A program made the translations under genes and the position numbers. From positions 5,726 to 69,725 of the IMG/VR virus record IMGVR_UViG_3300032456_000002: 64,000 nt of DNA; one strand, written 5' to 3'. A model generated the notes under the pieces. The model was not told where the DNA came from. It was given only the letters and a program-made list of their open reading frames with translations, and ran no database searches. The first letter of the stretch is position 1. Every line of letters begins with the position of its first letter. The stretch comes from a virus. Positions 9,533-20,918 of the stretch are shown here, in pieces.

Positions 9533-10728
9533 TTAAAGCTGCCAACGTCTGTTAGCCCCTGTATCCAAATGGGAGATACCGTTGGCATAAAATCCCAGCC
9601 CTCCGTCCCATATAGGATCTAGCAGTCGATAAGCCTCAACACTGGATAGCGGATCAACCCAGAAGTCGATCGCCCCTCCAGACAAGTGAGTGGAATTAGA
9701 TACGCCGCCTGCATAGCTATTCCAAGGTTCAGGGCGATACCATGACGTGATCTGGATTTGCTGTTTAGTGCGCTTCTGTAACAGTGGCTTAACTTCTTGC
9801 TCAAACCGTCTTGCAATCTCCATGATGTTGCCAACATGACTACCGCCTGGAATGCGAGTGCCGTTGTGCGTTGCCATCCCCCATGTGAGGAAACCGCCAC
9901 TACCCATGATGGGAATGATAAGGGTGTCAGTTGTGACTTTGCCGATGCGAGGGATAAATACTTCCTTGCCAGTGACAGCCCCCACCGAATCTACTGGATT
10001 ATTGGCGTAGAGCTTACCGCCCTTGGATATCTCCACGTCTTTGCCAAACACCCACAAAGTATTCCTGCCCAAGTATTCCAGTTGCTTACCATTGACTTGA
10101 CCTAGGGTAATCAAGTGATGACCTGCTTCTTTTTCTAGGGCGATCGCCGCGATATTCAGGATTGCACCTTTGCTGAATGCAATCATTTCTGCTGCTGATA
10201 AATCTTTTGAGGATGCAGGGCGTGACTTGAGGAAGCTTGAAAACTTGAACGTGAGGGTAAAGTTTGCGGTTGTCGTCATGGGGTTTGCTCGTTTTAGGAA
10301 TAAATCTCTTTCGGCTGCACGTCGCCTTTCCAACCCTGGCAAGATTTTGTCATCGCCACGCACCCACATCAAAAAAGCGGTACTAGCGGCAGCGCGATTG
10401 CCTGCGATCAATTCATTGGCAACAGTAGAACCCGCAAATGCACCCATCCCAATATTGAAGGCGAGGGAAACCAATGCAGCAAATTCATTTTCATTCAGCG
10501 ATACGCTCATACTCATAGCCCAAAAAGCGATCGCATCCTCAAAATACTTCAAGTCTTTTTGCAGCAAGGAATAGGCTTCAGCTTGGGTGATACGTTGCCC
10601 CAGCATTACTCCGTTGGTATGCCCATAGCCAATGGTGGGCACTCCTACCGGATCTGTGTAGGCAATCAGCAGACACCCTTCAAAGTGTTTTATTAACTCT
10701 AGTCCGGCTTGATTGATTTGAATTGCCA
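9533..10728 (-). CDS. endolysin: GH24 lysozyme plus C-terminal peptidase M15
   Basis: IKHFEG..AYTDPVGVPTIGYGH..GLERRRAAE; ITSWYR..N..GG..S.H..G.AID..HLD; start at MAIQINQAG. Confidence 0.9.
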
Positions 10729-10814
10729 TAGCTTCACACAAATAGGAATGCTTATATTTTTAGCGAGGGTATGATTGAATTGTAGGTTCTATTTTTCGCC
10801 ATTGGTCTTTTCTC

Positions 10815-11420
10815 ATGCCTGAAGCCACAGATCAACCCATAGATAAACAGCTTGATAACATCGAAGGCTTATCCAAAAAGATTGACTTCAGCACCGCAGA
10901 CCTCAAACCTTATATTGACGATTTCCACAGCAGGCTAGACCAACAGGCTCAGTCGCTTGCAGATCTGTCTTTAAGGCAAATCGAAACCTCAAGGCAAATT
11001 GCGACCCTTTACGAACAGTCGAATCGAATGCAATCGGTATCAGACAATAGCCAACAGGCGATCGATAATGTGGCGGCAATTCGGCTACATCTTGAAAGCA
11101 CTGATGAAGCTGTGGCGAATACCCTGCCTGAGATTGGCAAGAAGGTCGAACGGAATGCCCGCTTGGTTGACCTGTTGAATGATAGGAATATCAATTTGTT
11201 TAAGTGGCTAGGGGGAATTGTCGTCGTCTCTTTTGTATCAAGTATCCTATGGCAATCCCTCCCCCAAGAAGATCGAACGGATTTAGCTAGACGTTTTTTT
11301 GTTCCTTTGGCGACGGTCGCTGGGGGTAGCCTGGTTGGTTATTATTTCCTGAACAGCGGCTCTACGAATAACAATTCTTTGGAAGATTCCAATACTGGGA
11401 AATCAGATGACACAAAGTAG
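10815..11420 (+). CDS. coiled-coil protein with two C-terminal TM helices (holin candidate)
   Basis: two hydrophobic segments; divergent from endolysin. Confidence 0.45.
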   Translation: MPEATDQPIDKQLDNIEGLSKKIDFSTADLKPYIDDFHSRLDQQAQSLADLSLRQIETSRQIATLYEQSNRMQSVSDNSQQAIDNVAAIRLHLESTDEAVANTLPEIGKKVERNARLVDLLNDRNINLFKWLGGIVVVSFVSSILWQSLPQEDRTDLARRFFVPLATVAGGSLVGYYFLNSGSTNNNSLEDSNTGKSDDTK

Positions 11421-11976
11421 GACAGGTAAGGCGGTGGCGATCGCCCTATTAGGTTCCACGGTCATCAGTGGCGGTAGCTATGTCACGGGCAGCAACGTAG
11501 GCACAACTGATCAAGCCGCCCAGAACTGGCAAGGGACAGACCAAATCGTTATCCCCACTGACATTGACGCGATCGCGAAAAGGCTTCTAACCAATCGAAA
11601 AGCCCACAAGCTAATAATTTACGCCTATGACTATCGCGTTCCCTTCCTCCAGGGCGTTGTAGCTTACGAAGCGTCACCCAACAAGGATGTGACAACGCCA
11701 GTAAAATCAATCCCTCCTAGGCTTTTCGTTTCAGTAATCGCTGATCCGTGGAACAATGATCTACGTCAAAAAGTTACGGTCGAAGTTAGGAAGGATGAAG
11801 ACGACCCAGAGAAAATATACACCACCATCTCTGCACCAATTGAGATTGATTCCTTGATACTCCCAGCCGGACGTGTGGTGATCGTTTTCGACCGTGGGCA
11901 TCTGAGTGACTACGAAGTAACGGATATTTCAGATCAAATTAGAGGCTTTGCAAGATTCCTTAAGAAAATCGATTGA
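11407..11976 (+). CDS. membrane-anchored or secreted hypothetical protein
   Basis: N-terminal hydrophobic segment; overlaps previous gene. Confidence 0.5.
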   Translation: MTQSRTGKAVAIALLGSTVISGGSYVTGSNVGTTDQAAQNWQGTDQIVIPTDIDAIAKRLLTNRKAHKLIIYAYDYRVPFLQGVVAYEASPNKDVTTPVKSIPPRLFVSVIADPWNNDLRQKVTVEVRKDEDDPEKIYTTISAPIEIDSLILPAGRVVIVFDRGHLSDYEVTDISDQIRGFARFLKKID

Positions 11977-12478
11977 AGCGATATAGCATTTTGTTTTAAC
12001 CAAATTCAAATTCAAAGCCCTTGCAGATAAACCAATTTCTACCACGGGCGATCGCGCTCAATCTGGCACAAACTAAAGTGGGACGGGCGATCGATAGGAT
12101 GATTCCAGCTTCCTTAATGCTGGCAAATTTTTGATTAGTATCAAGACACAAAAGTGCTATTTTGGGGTTGCTCATCTTGAATAAGTCCCGGTAGTTGGAT
12201 TGTCCAGTAGCCTGTTGTTGAGACGACTACAATCCATCCTGCCACGGCTGAAGCTTGATAGAGTCGATTTGCGAGAGGCGCAGTGGTACGTTTGTCTTTC
12301 ATACCCCGATCGTCACTTTCTTTTAAGCATAAAAACTCAGGCAGGGGGTTGGGTTCCCCCACCCATTTGTGTAAACCGATGGGCTGGAGTGCTTTGTCCT
12401 ATGGGTGTGTGGTATGCATACAAAAACCCCACAGAGTAGCGAGGCGTTACTCTGTGGGGTTGGGTAGAGAGTTTGTCT

Positions 12479-13243
12479 CTAGTCGAATTCAAAACCCATT
12501 TGACCTGGGCTAGATTGATCTCGTTTGCCTGTTCTGCAATTTTGCCGCATCCGTTGGTATCGGAAGTACTCCACAGACTCTACCTTGATTATCTCTGGGC
12601 ACAGCTCAACCTTTGCTCCACTAGCAGATCTAAAGCTGAGAATCAAAATTGAGAATGCAGCCAGTGTCATCCATAGTTGATCGTCGTCATCCTTCACCCA
12701 GTGCTCAAACTCGTTAAAGTTTCTCAGCAGTGCCTCTCTGACCTGAGATTTTTTGACGATGCCGGATGCCTCGTGCAAATAGTTCAGAGGAATTTGAAAG
12801 TGAGAAGCAGGGCGATCGCCTTCTTTGGGTTCGGGCTTGGCTCCAAACTTGGCTTGATAGTCGGCAGCTAGGAGGGCAGCAGATGAACGGCGTAATTCCT
12901 GCGAGAATCGACTGCGACCCATGTAAGCCAAATAAATCAATCCAGCCATCCCGCTTGAAGGGGTTTCCTGAAAACCGTCCCTCCCATCTACACGGGTATA
13001 CTTCGTTACTTCCGTAAAACGGAGGATACCAGAATCAACTTCTATCAAGTCTTTCCAGGTTTGGGTGGTGTTTTTATTTCCAAAGAACATCTTCAAGAAA
13101 TCATAGACAGAATGCTTCCCGTCTTGACTTCTAATACTGCCATCCGCGATCGCATCTTCAATTTGCCCAATCAGCTGCTTCAGAACTGCTTGATGCAGTG
13201 AAACGCCAAACTCTTGAACTTGTGAGAAAATAGTTTCAGCCAC
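12479..13243 (-). CDS. antirepressor-like DNA-binding protein
   Basis: SVYDFL..TWK.L N-terminal domain; shared leader upstream; ends QMGFEFD. Confidence 0.55.
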   Translation of the reverse strand: MAETIFSQVQEFGVSLHQAVLKQLIGQIEDAIADGSIRSQDGKHSVYDFLKMFFGNKNTTQTWKDLIEVDSGILRFTEVTKYTRVDGRDGFQETPSSGMAGLIYLAYMGRSRFSQELRRSSAALLAADYQAKFGAKPEPKEGDRPASHFQIPLNYLHEASGIVKKSQVREALLRNFNEFEHWVKDDDDQLWMTLAAFSILILSFRSASGAKVELCPEIIKVESVEYFRYQRMRQNCRTGKRDQSSPGQMGFEFD

Positions 13244-13308
13244 TTCATTACCTGCGTAGTGATTTTGGTCAGCAGTCGTCTGAGGAGTAAACTCGTTCGG
13301 CTGCGTCT

Positions 13309-16300
13309 TTGTGCTATTTTACAATGTTTTCCTCACTAAAACCTACTGCAATCGCAAGAATATTAACGCCTTCAACGAAACGGTTTAGAATAGCGATGTT
13401 GATGTTTTTGCGAGATACACACATGGAAAGCCGCCAATTATCTGAAGATCTACAATCCTTGGGTGTGAATATTACCGAGGATGAGATCAAAGAATTAGCG
13501 GCTTTCCATTTCTATCTAAAAACTCAGAACCAATCACGCCTTGCAGAAACCCCGATCGCCTTTGACCCCGACGACATTGAGGGCGGCAAAACATTAGGCA
13601 GCATCATTGGTGGTGTAATTGGTATCGGCTTATCATTTGTTTTGCCAGGGATAGGACTAGCAGCGGGTTTGGCGATCGGTAGTGCGATCGGGGGATTAGC
13701 TGGGGCTGCATTTGCCAAGCCACCCAAAGGGGCAGAGCCGGACGATCAATCAGCCAATCGACGCAGCGCCAAAAGCTATGGCATCACGGCATCTAAGGGA
13801 TTAGTAGAGGTAGGGAATCCTGTCCCTTTTATTTTCTGCAACCGCGATCGCAATGTAAATGGTGGGGTGCGATTCAGCGGGCAGCTAATAGCATCTTGGA
13901 TTGATACCCTCAAGGGTGTGCAGCATCTTCACGAACTATATGTGGCGTGTCTAGGCAAGGTGGGTGGGATTAGCTCGGCAGAGACGTTGTTGGACGGGCA
14001 AGCCTTAGATAATTTTCTTTTTAATGAGGTCGTGATTGACCAGCGGTTGGGCACTGCCGCGCAGACCGCGATGGCGAACTTTCCGTTTTATACGCAGGTT
14101 GTATCGCCATCGCTGAAGAATCAGCTCGGGTTGGACATGCGATCGATTGTTGCCGAAGTGAAGGTGAAGCGGAAGGAAACTATCGCAGATAAGCTTGTGT
14201 CGAGAAGCATGATTGTGACTCGCACCCCAGATAATTGTCGGGTAAAAAAGTCGGGAGCAGCAAACGCATCGTTCATAAGTAAGGACAGGATTAGACCAAA
14301 TAAAGACGGCTTTGTTCAGGCGCAAATTCTTAGGGGTAGCTGGCTGCAATATATTGGCATCACTAACGACATTGTGGCGAGTGCATTTCCTCAAGCCTAT
14401 CCGTTTGTATTCCAGTTTGTGAATGCTCAGTTTGCCTGTCGTGTCAATAATGTTGCCGTCACCACCGCCGCAGCCTATATCAAAGAAGATATCTTTACCA
14501 TTGAATACATCAGTGGTGTCGTGGTGTTTAGGCGCAACAGAGCGATCGTTCATACTTCTTTTGCTGCGAGAGTGTACCCAGCAAGGTTGGCAGTACATAT
14601 TCTTGATAATGCCAATGATGCCGATGGGGTAGAAATTAATGATTTGCGAGTGGGCAATAATATCAGTTTCTCTAAGGGCGGCACGAAGCCTGGAATTGGC
14701 ACGGTGTTAGAGCTGCAAGCACCAGAGTTTGACGAAGAAGAAGATCTTACCGAGGCTGAATTATTAGAATCAGCCCGCAACGAAACCGATCAATTCAGCC
14801 CTGCTGAAGTATATTTTGCGGCAGGGCAACAGTTTAGGGTTATCGCTAAAAATTACAACGCTGCAACCATTCAAGCCGATACAGTGCTAAATCTTGGGGA
14901 AGGTGACAAAATCTATGCCCAATGGACTCCTACTTACGAAACCACAAAAAAAGTTACTGAGATTCATGTAAACCTTGTCTGTCGCCTGTTTGCCAGAGAT
15001 GAAAAGAATAGACTTATTAAGCATGGCGTTTTATTCGACTGCTACATTCGCTCTTCTACAATCGGCTGGACGTTTGCCTTCAGAGGGCTTATCTCTAACT
15101 CCAGCGAGGGAGAAGTCAGACGATATTTTAAGCTTAAGAATCTGCCCTATTCCCGCTACAAGATTGAACTTAGACCGCTTAGAGTCGCGAACGCGCAAGC
15201 CGTGATCTGGCGATTTAATGACACTGGTGCGAGGGATACCCGCGACACATCGGCTATTGTAGGCGGCAAAGTAATCCGGTTCGAGACGCAGATTGATGGG
15301 CAATCTACCGTAGCAGATGCTAACAAGATTATTCTTTATGATGAAGCCCTGAAGCCCGCTGTCTCCACTCAACAAGGGGCACCGATCGCCATTACCTCTA
15401 TCAATGAAGTTGTCACAACTGCAACGCCTCCCACATATCCAGACTTTGCATTAACCGGAATTAGCTACTTGGCATCAGAGCGAATCCAAACAGCACCTAC
15501 TCCTAATTTCCTGATGCAGCTAGGTGGTGAGACGAGGGCACATATCTCGGCTGGGGTGATTACAAGCGTTAGTGCCTTGGATTATGGGGTTAGTGCTCCA
15601 CCGATGGGGACAGCCGATCCCGTTCGGTATTTCGATGTCTTCAGGAACCTAGACAAGCACGTTGAATCAGCAGTCTCTGCCACCAACTCAACTCAGATCT
15701 CTACGTTTGTCACAGTGCAGGCAGAAGTAGGCGATCGCTACCTTGTCTATCGCATCGAATCTATCAACTATCTTCCCGATGCTTATGCTTATGTGTTGGG
15801 CGATCCTGATGGTGGTTTAGGGGCAAGGATAGACCGTGATGAATGGCTAGATTATCCGAGCATTGTTAATTCGCGGCAGTATTGCATTGCTAATGCTAAC
15901 TACTGGGATGGTGTGATTGCAACGCTCACTAATTGGCGGCAATGGGCAGCACAAGAGGCGATCGGCTCTAGGGTTTTGCCTTGTCGCATTGATGGCAGAT
16001 TTGGGATGATTCCCGAAACCGAGACCCCTGTCACATTCCTCTTCAACGCTTCCAACGTCTTCAATTACAAAGAAGAATTCCTTGATTGGAGCATGAGCCG
16101 TTGCAATAGTTTGATTGTCAGCTACACCGATGGCAGAGACGAATATAAGACGAAGACCGTCCGCATCCAATCACCTGAAGCCGCGAATGGATTAGAGCCG
16201 TTGGAAGAAAAGGCATTACAGTTGCCCGCTGTCACTAATCGAGGTCAAGCGATTTGGGCGGGTGCATTAGTTTTCAAATCGCCCAGAATTCAAACGCGAT

Positions 16301-19300
16301 CGGTTAGCTTCACGACTGGGCAGATGGCGTGCTATATGAAACCTGGTGATTTAATCCAAGGGCAACACGTCACGACAGAATGGCAGTTTGAGAAATCTGG
16401 CACTGTAATTCAAAGCCTATCTTTTGTCGGTGGAACTCAAACCGTAAGGCTATCTGTCCCAATAACTACCACCGTTACTGCTGCGAATCTAAGAGCCGCT
16501 ATTCAATATAAAGATAATGGGGAAACTAGAACAAACCTTTTAAGTTCTATGGCATCTAGCAATCAAGTGGCGATCGCCGGACTCGCCCGACCATTAGCCC
16601 TTGGCGATACTGTCATCATTGGAACCGAGCTAGAAGATCGTCGCACCTATCGGGTTTCTTCTGTGCGACCGACAGAAGAAGGGGCGATCGATGTTGTCGC
16701 AATCTACTGGAATAGATCGATGTTGACCCTTGATGGGCTAGTGATTGATGGGGAATGCAGCAGCGCCACCCCGACTTATACTTTTGATAAAAATGAATTA
16801 CTGACCTGGCTAAGTGGTTCTGATTCGTTCTTAACGACTTACACCAGAAACACTATGCCCATGCTGGCAAACAGCGACTTCTTGCTCGTCAATGCATTCC
16901 AGGATGTCTTGGGTAGAGGTGGGTATTTCCCCTCGCAAGCTGGAACCAGCGAAGGGCAATTTATCATGTCCAAAGCCAGCTCTCTAGCTTTTGAAGCCAC
17001 TGGGAATGCGAGTTGGCTAAACCGCGCTACCAACTTTGGACAAGCTGCACTAAATTTTCTGTACCGGGGTCAAGCCGTCCCGGTAAACCCTAATACCCCA
17101 TTCGCTCCACACTGGCTCTTCATCGTCAAAGCTACATCTAAGTCAAAGGGACTAACAAACGCAGACCCATTAGCTTATGGTCACTTTGATGTTTCTGTCT
17201 CGTTTGCCAGTGGTGTGGGGACAATCTCCAACGGCAATAGCGGCAACCTTCTAGCAGATTTATACAGCGCTCGACTGCCTAGCTCTAGACTTCTGTGGCG
17301 GAACGTCTACAGCCCGGTCATCCCTACTTCGTCTAATCTGACTATTAATTATTGGGTCGCCCAGATTGGTGGCGTGGGTGGAAACTTCAGGATCTTCCCG
17401 ACTACCGCAGCTTCTAATGGCACACCCCCGGTTGCTACGGGTGAACCTGTTGGTAGAGTGGTTTTGACCAACACTGGGTATAACGGCAACGCGCTTTTAA
17501 CTTACTCTTCTTACACCGGGCCCGACTTACTTAAGAACGCCATGTTTGAGGCTTACCCAATGTGGCGGGCATTGCTCAATACTGAAGTCAACTGCGCGAC
17601 AGATTCACTTCCTTGGGCTTATGAAACCTACGATCGCCTATTCGCCCTGACTGGGAATGTGCAATGGCAACGGGCTAGGGATGCCAGCGGATTCACAGCG
17701 GGGTTGGCTGCCACGATTGAGAATCTTAGCCACTTCTGGAAGAAAAGCACGGCTTCAGATCCATTAGCCTATCCTGGCTCCCAGATTGTGCAAGTCAACA
17801 ACACGGCAGGGTTTACCCTAAGTCGAGTTACGACAGCAGGGGACAAACAAAATTGGGTAAGGCTAATTGTCAATAATGGGGCTGAAGCATTCCCTTCGAT
17901 TGAGTTCCAAAACTATGCCGTCCAAACTTTGTTCAATGATAATAATGTCGATCTTTTTGTAGAGTTTGCCGCATCGGTATCAAGTCAATTGATGGAAATG
18001 TATGTTTCCACAACTGCCGATCCGTTTGATGACTCAGCTATCTATCGAGCCTTCTTCCTAGCCCCCGCCACAGCACAGCAGAATTCATCCAAAACATTAA
18101 ACTCTAGGGACTTAATTCGATGGAATACCACTAAGAGTGCCCTAGGTCATTTCCTGTGGCATCCTGCTGTTGTGGATAGCCCAATGTATACCTACAGCGG
18201 CAGCGGTGGGACGGCTACTGTCACCCGGATCGATACCGTGATTGGGCAGTTCTCCCCAATGGTATGGCGGGTAGTTCTTACTAAGGGTGCGGGCTTTGCT
18301 GGGGCTGGCTTCGTCATCAGTGAAGGAGCCACAACATCCAACCCTCCATCTATCTATTTCAAGTGTTCTGGCAATGTGACCTATAGAGTGCAGGATGCCT
18401 CTAATGCATGGTTTTCAATCACCTTGCCTCAAACAGATGGCAAATGGCAACGGTTTAGCCCTGACTGGGCTGACTTGTCTGGTGTGGGAACTCCCAACGC
18501 AGCGGGCAATATTACCAACGTAGACTTGGAAGCCGTGGGGACTGCCACCATTGATGTTTTCTACTTGGCAGTCAATGACACAGTGGAGCCGGAAAGATTG
18601 CCACTACCTTCTATTGGCTTCAAGAGTGCTGTTGTTTGTCGCAACACAGGAGCATTCACAATCTGGCTTGGCACTTTTAGACCGCGCAATAATCCGCTTG
18701 ATGAAATCCCCTATGATGGGGCGTTCGTCTTCACCTACAACCAACTAAACGGGCTGCCCTTGGCATGGAAAGGCTTGTTTTATATGGGCTATCAATCGCC
18801 TTTGATTTGGCTGATTCTAAGCGATCGCACTCGTGCTAATAATGTGTTGCAAATGCTGCGAGATTCGATGGATGATTACGCCCTAACTCATTCAGATGGC
18901 GGCATGACTCCAACGTTTGCCCCACCTGTATGGGATTCTGGCGATTATCTATCAGCCAATCGACCTATCAATACTTTTGGATGGCAGGGCCCAGATCCAA
19001 ATACAGGCTGGGGCGGCTATTATGTGCGACCCTTACTGGAGACCGCAAAGCTATTACAGCTAGAACCACAAAACCCTTACGCCATTGGCATCCTAACCCG
19101 TGCCTTTGTCTTCCTCAAAACATTCTACGAAGTCAATGGCAGATTTCCAACTAACTTTCAACAGGTCGGGGAAGCTACTGCCACTTATCACGAACCACAC
19201 GTAGCATCAATCATCATGGAGTCTGCTATCTATGCCAATATTGCCGGGCTTGACCCTGACGTTTCGTTCCCATTGATTCGATATGGCTATGAATATCTAA

Positions 19301-19464
19301 GAAGTCAGTATGTTTCGACCGGGGCAATGGCGGGAAGTTTTACCAGTGGGCAGCCTGTATTCAATACTACCTTCAGAGAAAACTTTGGGTTCTGGGTAGC
19401 GAATGAAGTGGAAGCGATCGCCACTTTGGTCAAATACCTAGATCTGTTGAGATACCCTTGCTAG
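13309..19464 (+). CDS. tail tip / host-specificity (J-like) protein fused to a GH8-like domain
   Basis: VGNPVPFIF, LFNASNV, VSYTD..Y, V.F.T....MKPGDLI; C-terminal TSEGQ and NCATD motifs; true start probably 13423. Confidence 0.75.
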   Translation: MCYFTMFSSLKPTAIARILTPSTKRFRIAMLMFLRDTHMESRQLSEDLQSLGVNITEDEIKELAAFHFYLKTQNQSRLAETPIAFDPDDIEGGKTLGSIIGGVIGIGLSFVLPGIGLAAGLAIGSAIGGLAGAAFAKPPKGAEPDDQSANRRSAKSYGITASKGLVEVGNPVPFIFCNRDRNVNGGVRFSGQLIASWIDTLKGVQHLHELYVACLGKVGGISSAETLLDGQALDNFLFNEVVIDQRLGTAAQTAMANFPFYTQVVSPSLKNQLGLDMRSIVAEVKVKRKETIADKLVSRSMIVTRTPDNCRVKKSGAANASFISKDRIRPNKDGFVQAQILRGSWLQYIGITNDIVASAFPQAYPFVFQFVNAQFACRVNNVAVTTAAAYIKEDIFTIEYISGVVVFRRNRAIVHTSFAARVYPARLAVHILDNANDADGVEINDLRVGNNISFSKGGTKPGIGTVLELQAPEFDEEEDLTEAELLESARNETDQFSPAEVYFAAGQQFRVIAKNYNAATIQADTVLNLGEGDKIYAQWTPTYETTKKVTEIHVNLVCRLFARDEKNRLIKHGVLFDCYIRSSTIGWTFAFRGLISNSSEGEVRRYFKLKNLPYSRYKIELRPLRVANAQAVIWRFNDTGARDTRDTSAIVGGKVIRFETQIDGQSTVADANKIILYDEALKPAVSTQQGAPIAITSINEVVTTATPPTYPDFALTGISYLASERIQTAPTPNFLMQLGGETRAHISAGVITSVSALDYGVSAPPMGTADPVRYFDVFRNLDKHVESAVSATNSTQISTFVTVQAEVGDRYLVYRIESINYLPDAYAYVLGDPDGGLGARIDRDEWLDYPSIVNSRQYCIANANYWDGVIATLTNWRQWAAQEAIGSRVLPCRIDGRFGMIPETETPVTFLFNASNVFNYKEEFLDWSMSRCNSLIVSYTDGRDEYKTKTVRIQSPEAANGLEPLEEKALQLPAVTNRGQAIWAGALVFKSPRIQTRSVSFTTGQMACYMKPGDLIQGQHVTTEWQFEKSGTVIQSLSFVGGTQTVRLSVPITTTVTAANLRAAIQYKDNGETRTNLLSSMASSNQVAIAGLARPLALGDTVIIGTELEDRRTYRVSSVRPTEEGAIDVVAIYWNRSMLTLDGLVIDGECSSATPTYTFDKNELLTWLSGSDSFLTTYTRNTMPMLANSDFLLVNAFQDVLGRGGYFPSQAGTSEGQFIMSKASSLAFEATGNASWLNRATNFGQAALNFLYRGQAVPVNPNTPFAPHWLFIVKATSKSKGLTNADPLAYGHFDVSVSFASGVGTISNGNSGNLLADLYSARLPSSRLLWRNVYSPVIPTSSNLTINYWVAQIGGVGGNFRIFPTTAASNGTPPVATGEPVGRVVLTNTGYNGNALLTYSSYTGPDLLKNAMFEAYPMWRALLNTEVNCATDSLPWAYETYDRLFALTGNVQWQRARDASGFTAGLAATIENLSHFWKKSTASDPLAYPGSQIVQVNNTAGFTLSRVTTAGDKQNWVRLIVNNGAEAFPSIEFQNYAVQTLFNDNNVDLFVEFAASVSSQLMEMYVSTTADPFDDSAIYRAFFLAPATAQQNSSKTLNSRDLIRWNTTKSALGHFLWHPAVVDSPMYTYSGSGGTATVTRIDTVIGQFSPMVWRVVLTKGAGFAGAGFVISEGATTSNPPSIYFKCSGNVTYRVQDASNAWFSITLPQTDGKWQRFSPDWADLSGVGTPNAAGNITNVDLEAVGTATIDVFYLAVNDTVEPERLPLPSIGFKSAVVCRNTGAFTIWLGTFRPRNNPLDEIPYDGAFVFTYNQLNGLPLAWKGLFYMGYQSPLIWLILSDRTRANNVLQMLRDSMDDYALTHSDGGMTPTFAPPVWDSGDYLSANRPINTFGWQGPDPNTGWGGYYVRPLLETAKLLQLEPQNPYAIGILTRAFVFLKTFYEVNGRFPTNFQQVGEATATYHEPHVASIIMESAIYANIAGLDPDVSFPLIRYGYEYLRSQYVSTGAMAGSFTSGQPVFNTTFRENFGFWVANEVEAIATLVKYLDLLRYPC

Positions 19465-19491
19465 ATCTTTCAAATCTCCAAGGTGGAGCTA

Positions 19492-20331
19492 TCAAAGGTA
19501 AAAACCTGTTTGATTCGATTCGATCTCTGTAAGTCTAGCTGCTGTCGGGACTGAATTAAAGCTTATTAGTTCTTGCCAGAAGCCCACCATTTTTCTTTCG
19601 GGGTCGATAACCCTATCTCTGGCAATCGTATTAAAAAAAGCAGTTCCATTCATAGCAAGATTAACTACTGTAGTCACGTTAACTTGCCTAGCTACCCCTG
19701 TGGTAGCACTAGTAGTACCATTTACTCTTAAAATCCCAGTAGCTACTGAAGCTAACGCAAATTCCGGGTGAAACCAACCCTGAACCATATTTGAATGGGG
19801 TATAAAACTAGGGCTGACTGAATCCGCCAAAATAAGACCAGCAAAACCGGTTGCGGCAGTATTATCTCTCCTTAGTACCATCAGGATATTGGTTACAGCA
19901 GTTTGTCTTGTCAGACTAAAAAACGCCTCAACATCGCCTCCGGCTATGACATTAGTTTGAGCAATAGCCGCTTTACCGTTGTTTGTAACTAAAGTTCCGC
20001 TGCTAATTAATATCGATCTATTAGCCGTGGAATTAGTAGCGTTGACACCATTACCATTTTGGCTATACATAATTGTGACAAATCCGCTACCTGAACCGAT
20101 AAACGTCACAGCCTCCGCAACGGAATTACAATCTTGTGTCGAACCGCCAGCGTTAGCAATCCTAAACAAAAAGCCTGAATACCCACCCGATCGCCTCAAA
20201 GAATAGGCTACCCCAGACCCTGTAGCAAAATCAAAAGCTGTGGAAATAATAGGTCTTGCGGTTAGCCCTGACAACCCTCTTAAACCAGACAATCCCGATA
20301 ATCCTCCCATTAAACTAACCCCGCATCCCAA
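19492..20331 (-). CDS. putative receptor-binding / lectin-like tail protein
   Basis: AYSLRR..GYSG..R, GFV..MY.Q.GNG, QELI.F..IE.NQ..Y pattern; start probably 20310. Confidence 0.55.
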   Translation of the reverse strand: MGCGVSLMGGLSGLSGLRGLSGLTARPIISTAFDFATGSGVAYSLRRSGGYSGFLFRIANAGGSTQDCNSVAEAVTFIGSGSGFVTIMYSQNGNGVNATNSTANRSILISSGTLVTNNGKAAIAQTNVIAGGDVEAFFSLTRQTAVTNILMVLRRDNTAATGFAGLILADSVSPSFIPHSNMVQGWFHPEFALASVATGILRVNGTTSATTGVARQVNVTTVVNLAMNGTAFFNTIARDRVIDPERKMVGFWQELISFNSVPTAARLTEIESNQTGFYL

Positions 20332-20918
20332 GCTTGTTTAAGATCGAATGCTAGTTTTTCTGCATCCGTAGCTAATGCAGCATATTGAGCTAAAATCTGA
20401 CCTCGCAACCTTTCAGTTTGAGTTAGAAAATAAATATGATTCATCTGTTGCGATCGCAAACTCTGACAAACTTCCCTACATTCTGCCAAAGTAATTTCAT
20501 TGAACGCTTTGCCAGTTTGAGCAGATAGATACCCAACGATATTAGGGAGATGTACTAACTGAATCGCGTCCTGTTTGTCAGCTTCAATTCTCATATCATT
20601 CCCCAATCGATCCCAGAGTTCATCCACAGAAGCTTGACCCCATTGGCTTTTATAATCCTGGATAGCTTGCGATCGATAGCTGTCTACTTCACTCATTACC
20701 TGCTGAGACGTTTTAGGTTCTGGCGTGGGAGGTGGTGTGATTACGGGGGATGGTGTCGCATTGGGATCGGTAAAGTCTACCCCATCAAATTCCCATCCAG
20801 TCGAAACTTCAAAGTTATTCAGTGTCTCAAATTGATAATCAAAAGATTCTTGCAGGGCGATTAAATTGCCCTCAAAGATATCAACTACAACTCCATCTTT
20901 TATAGCAGCGTATCTCAT
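20310..20918 (-). CDS. tail fibre assembly chaperone-like protein
   Basis: MRYAAIKDGVVVDI..GW.FDG..F..P. Confidence 0.55.
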   Translation of the reverse strand: MRYAAIKDGVVVDIFEGNLIALQESFDYQFETLNNFEVSTGWEFDGVDFTDPNATPSPVITPPPTPEPKTSQQVMSEVDSYRSQAIQDYKSQWGQASVDELWDRLGNDMRIEADKQDAIQLVHLPNIVGYLSAQTGKAFNEITLAECREVCQSLRSQQMNHIYFLTQTERLRGQILAQYAALATDAEKLAFDLKQAWDAGLV

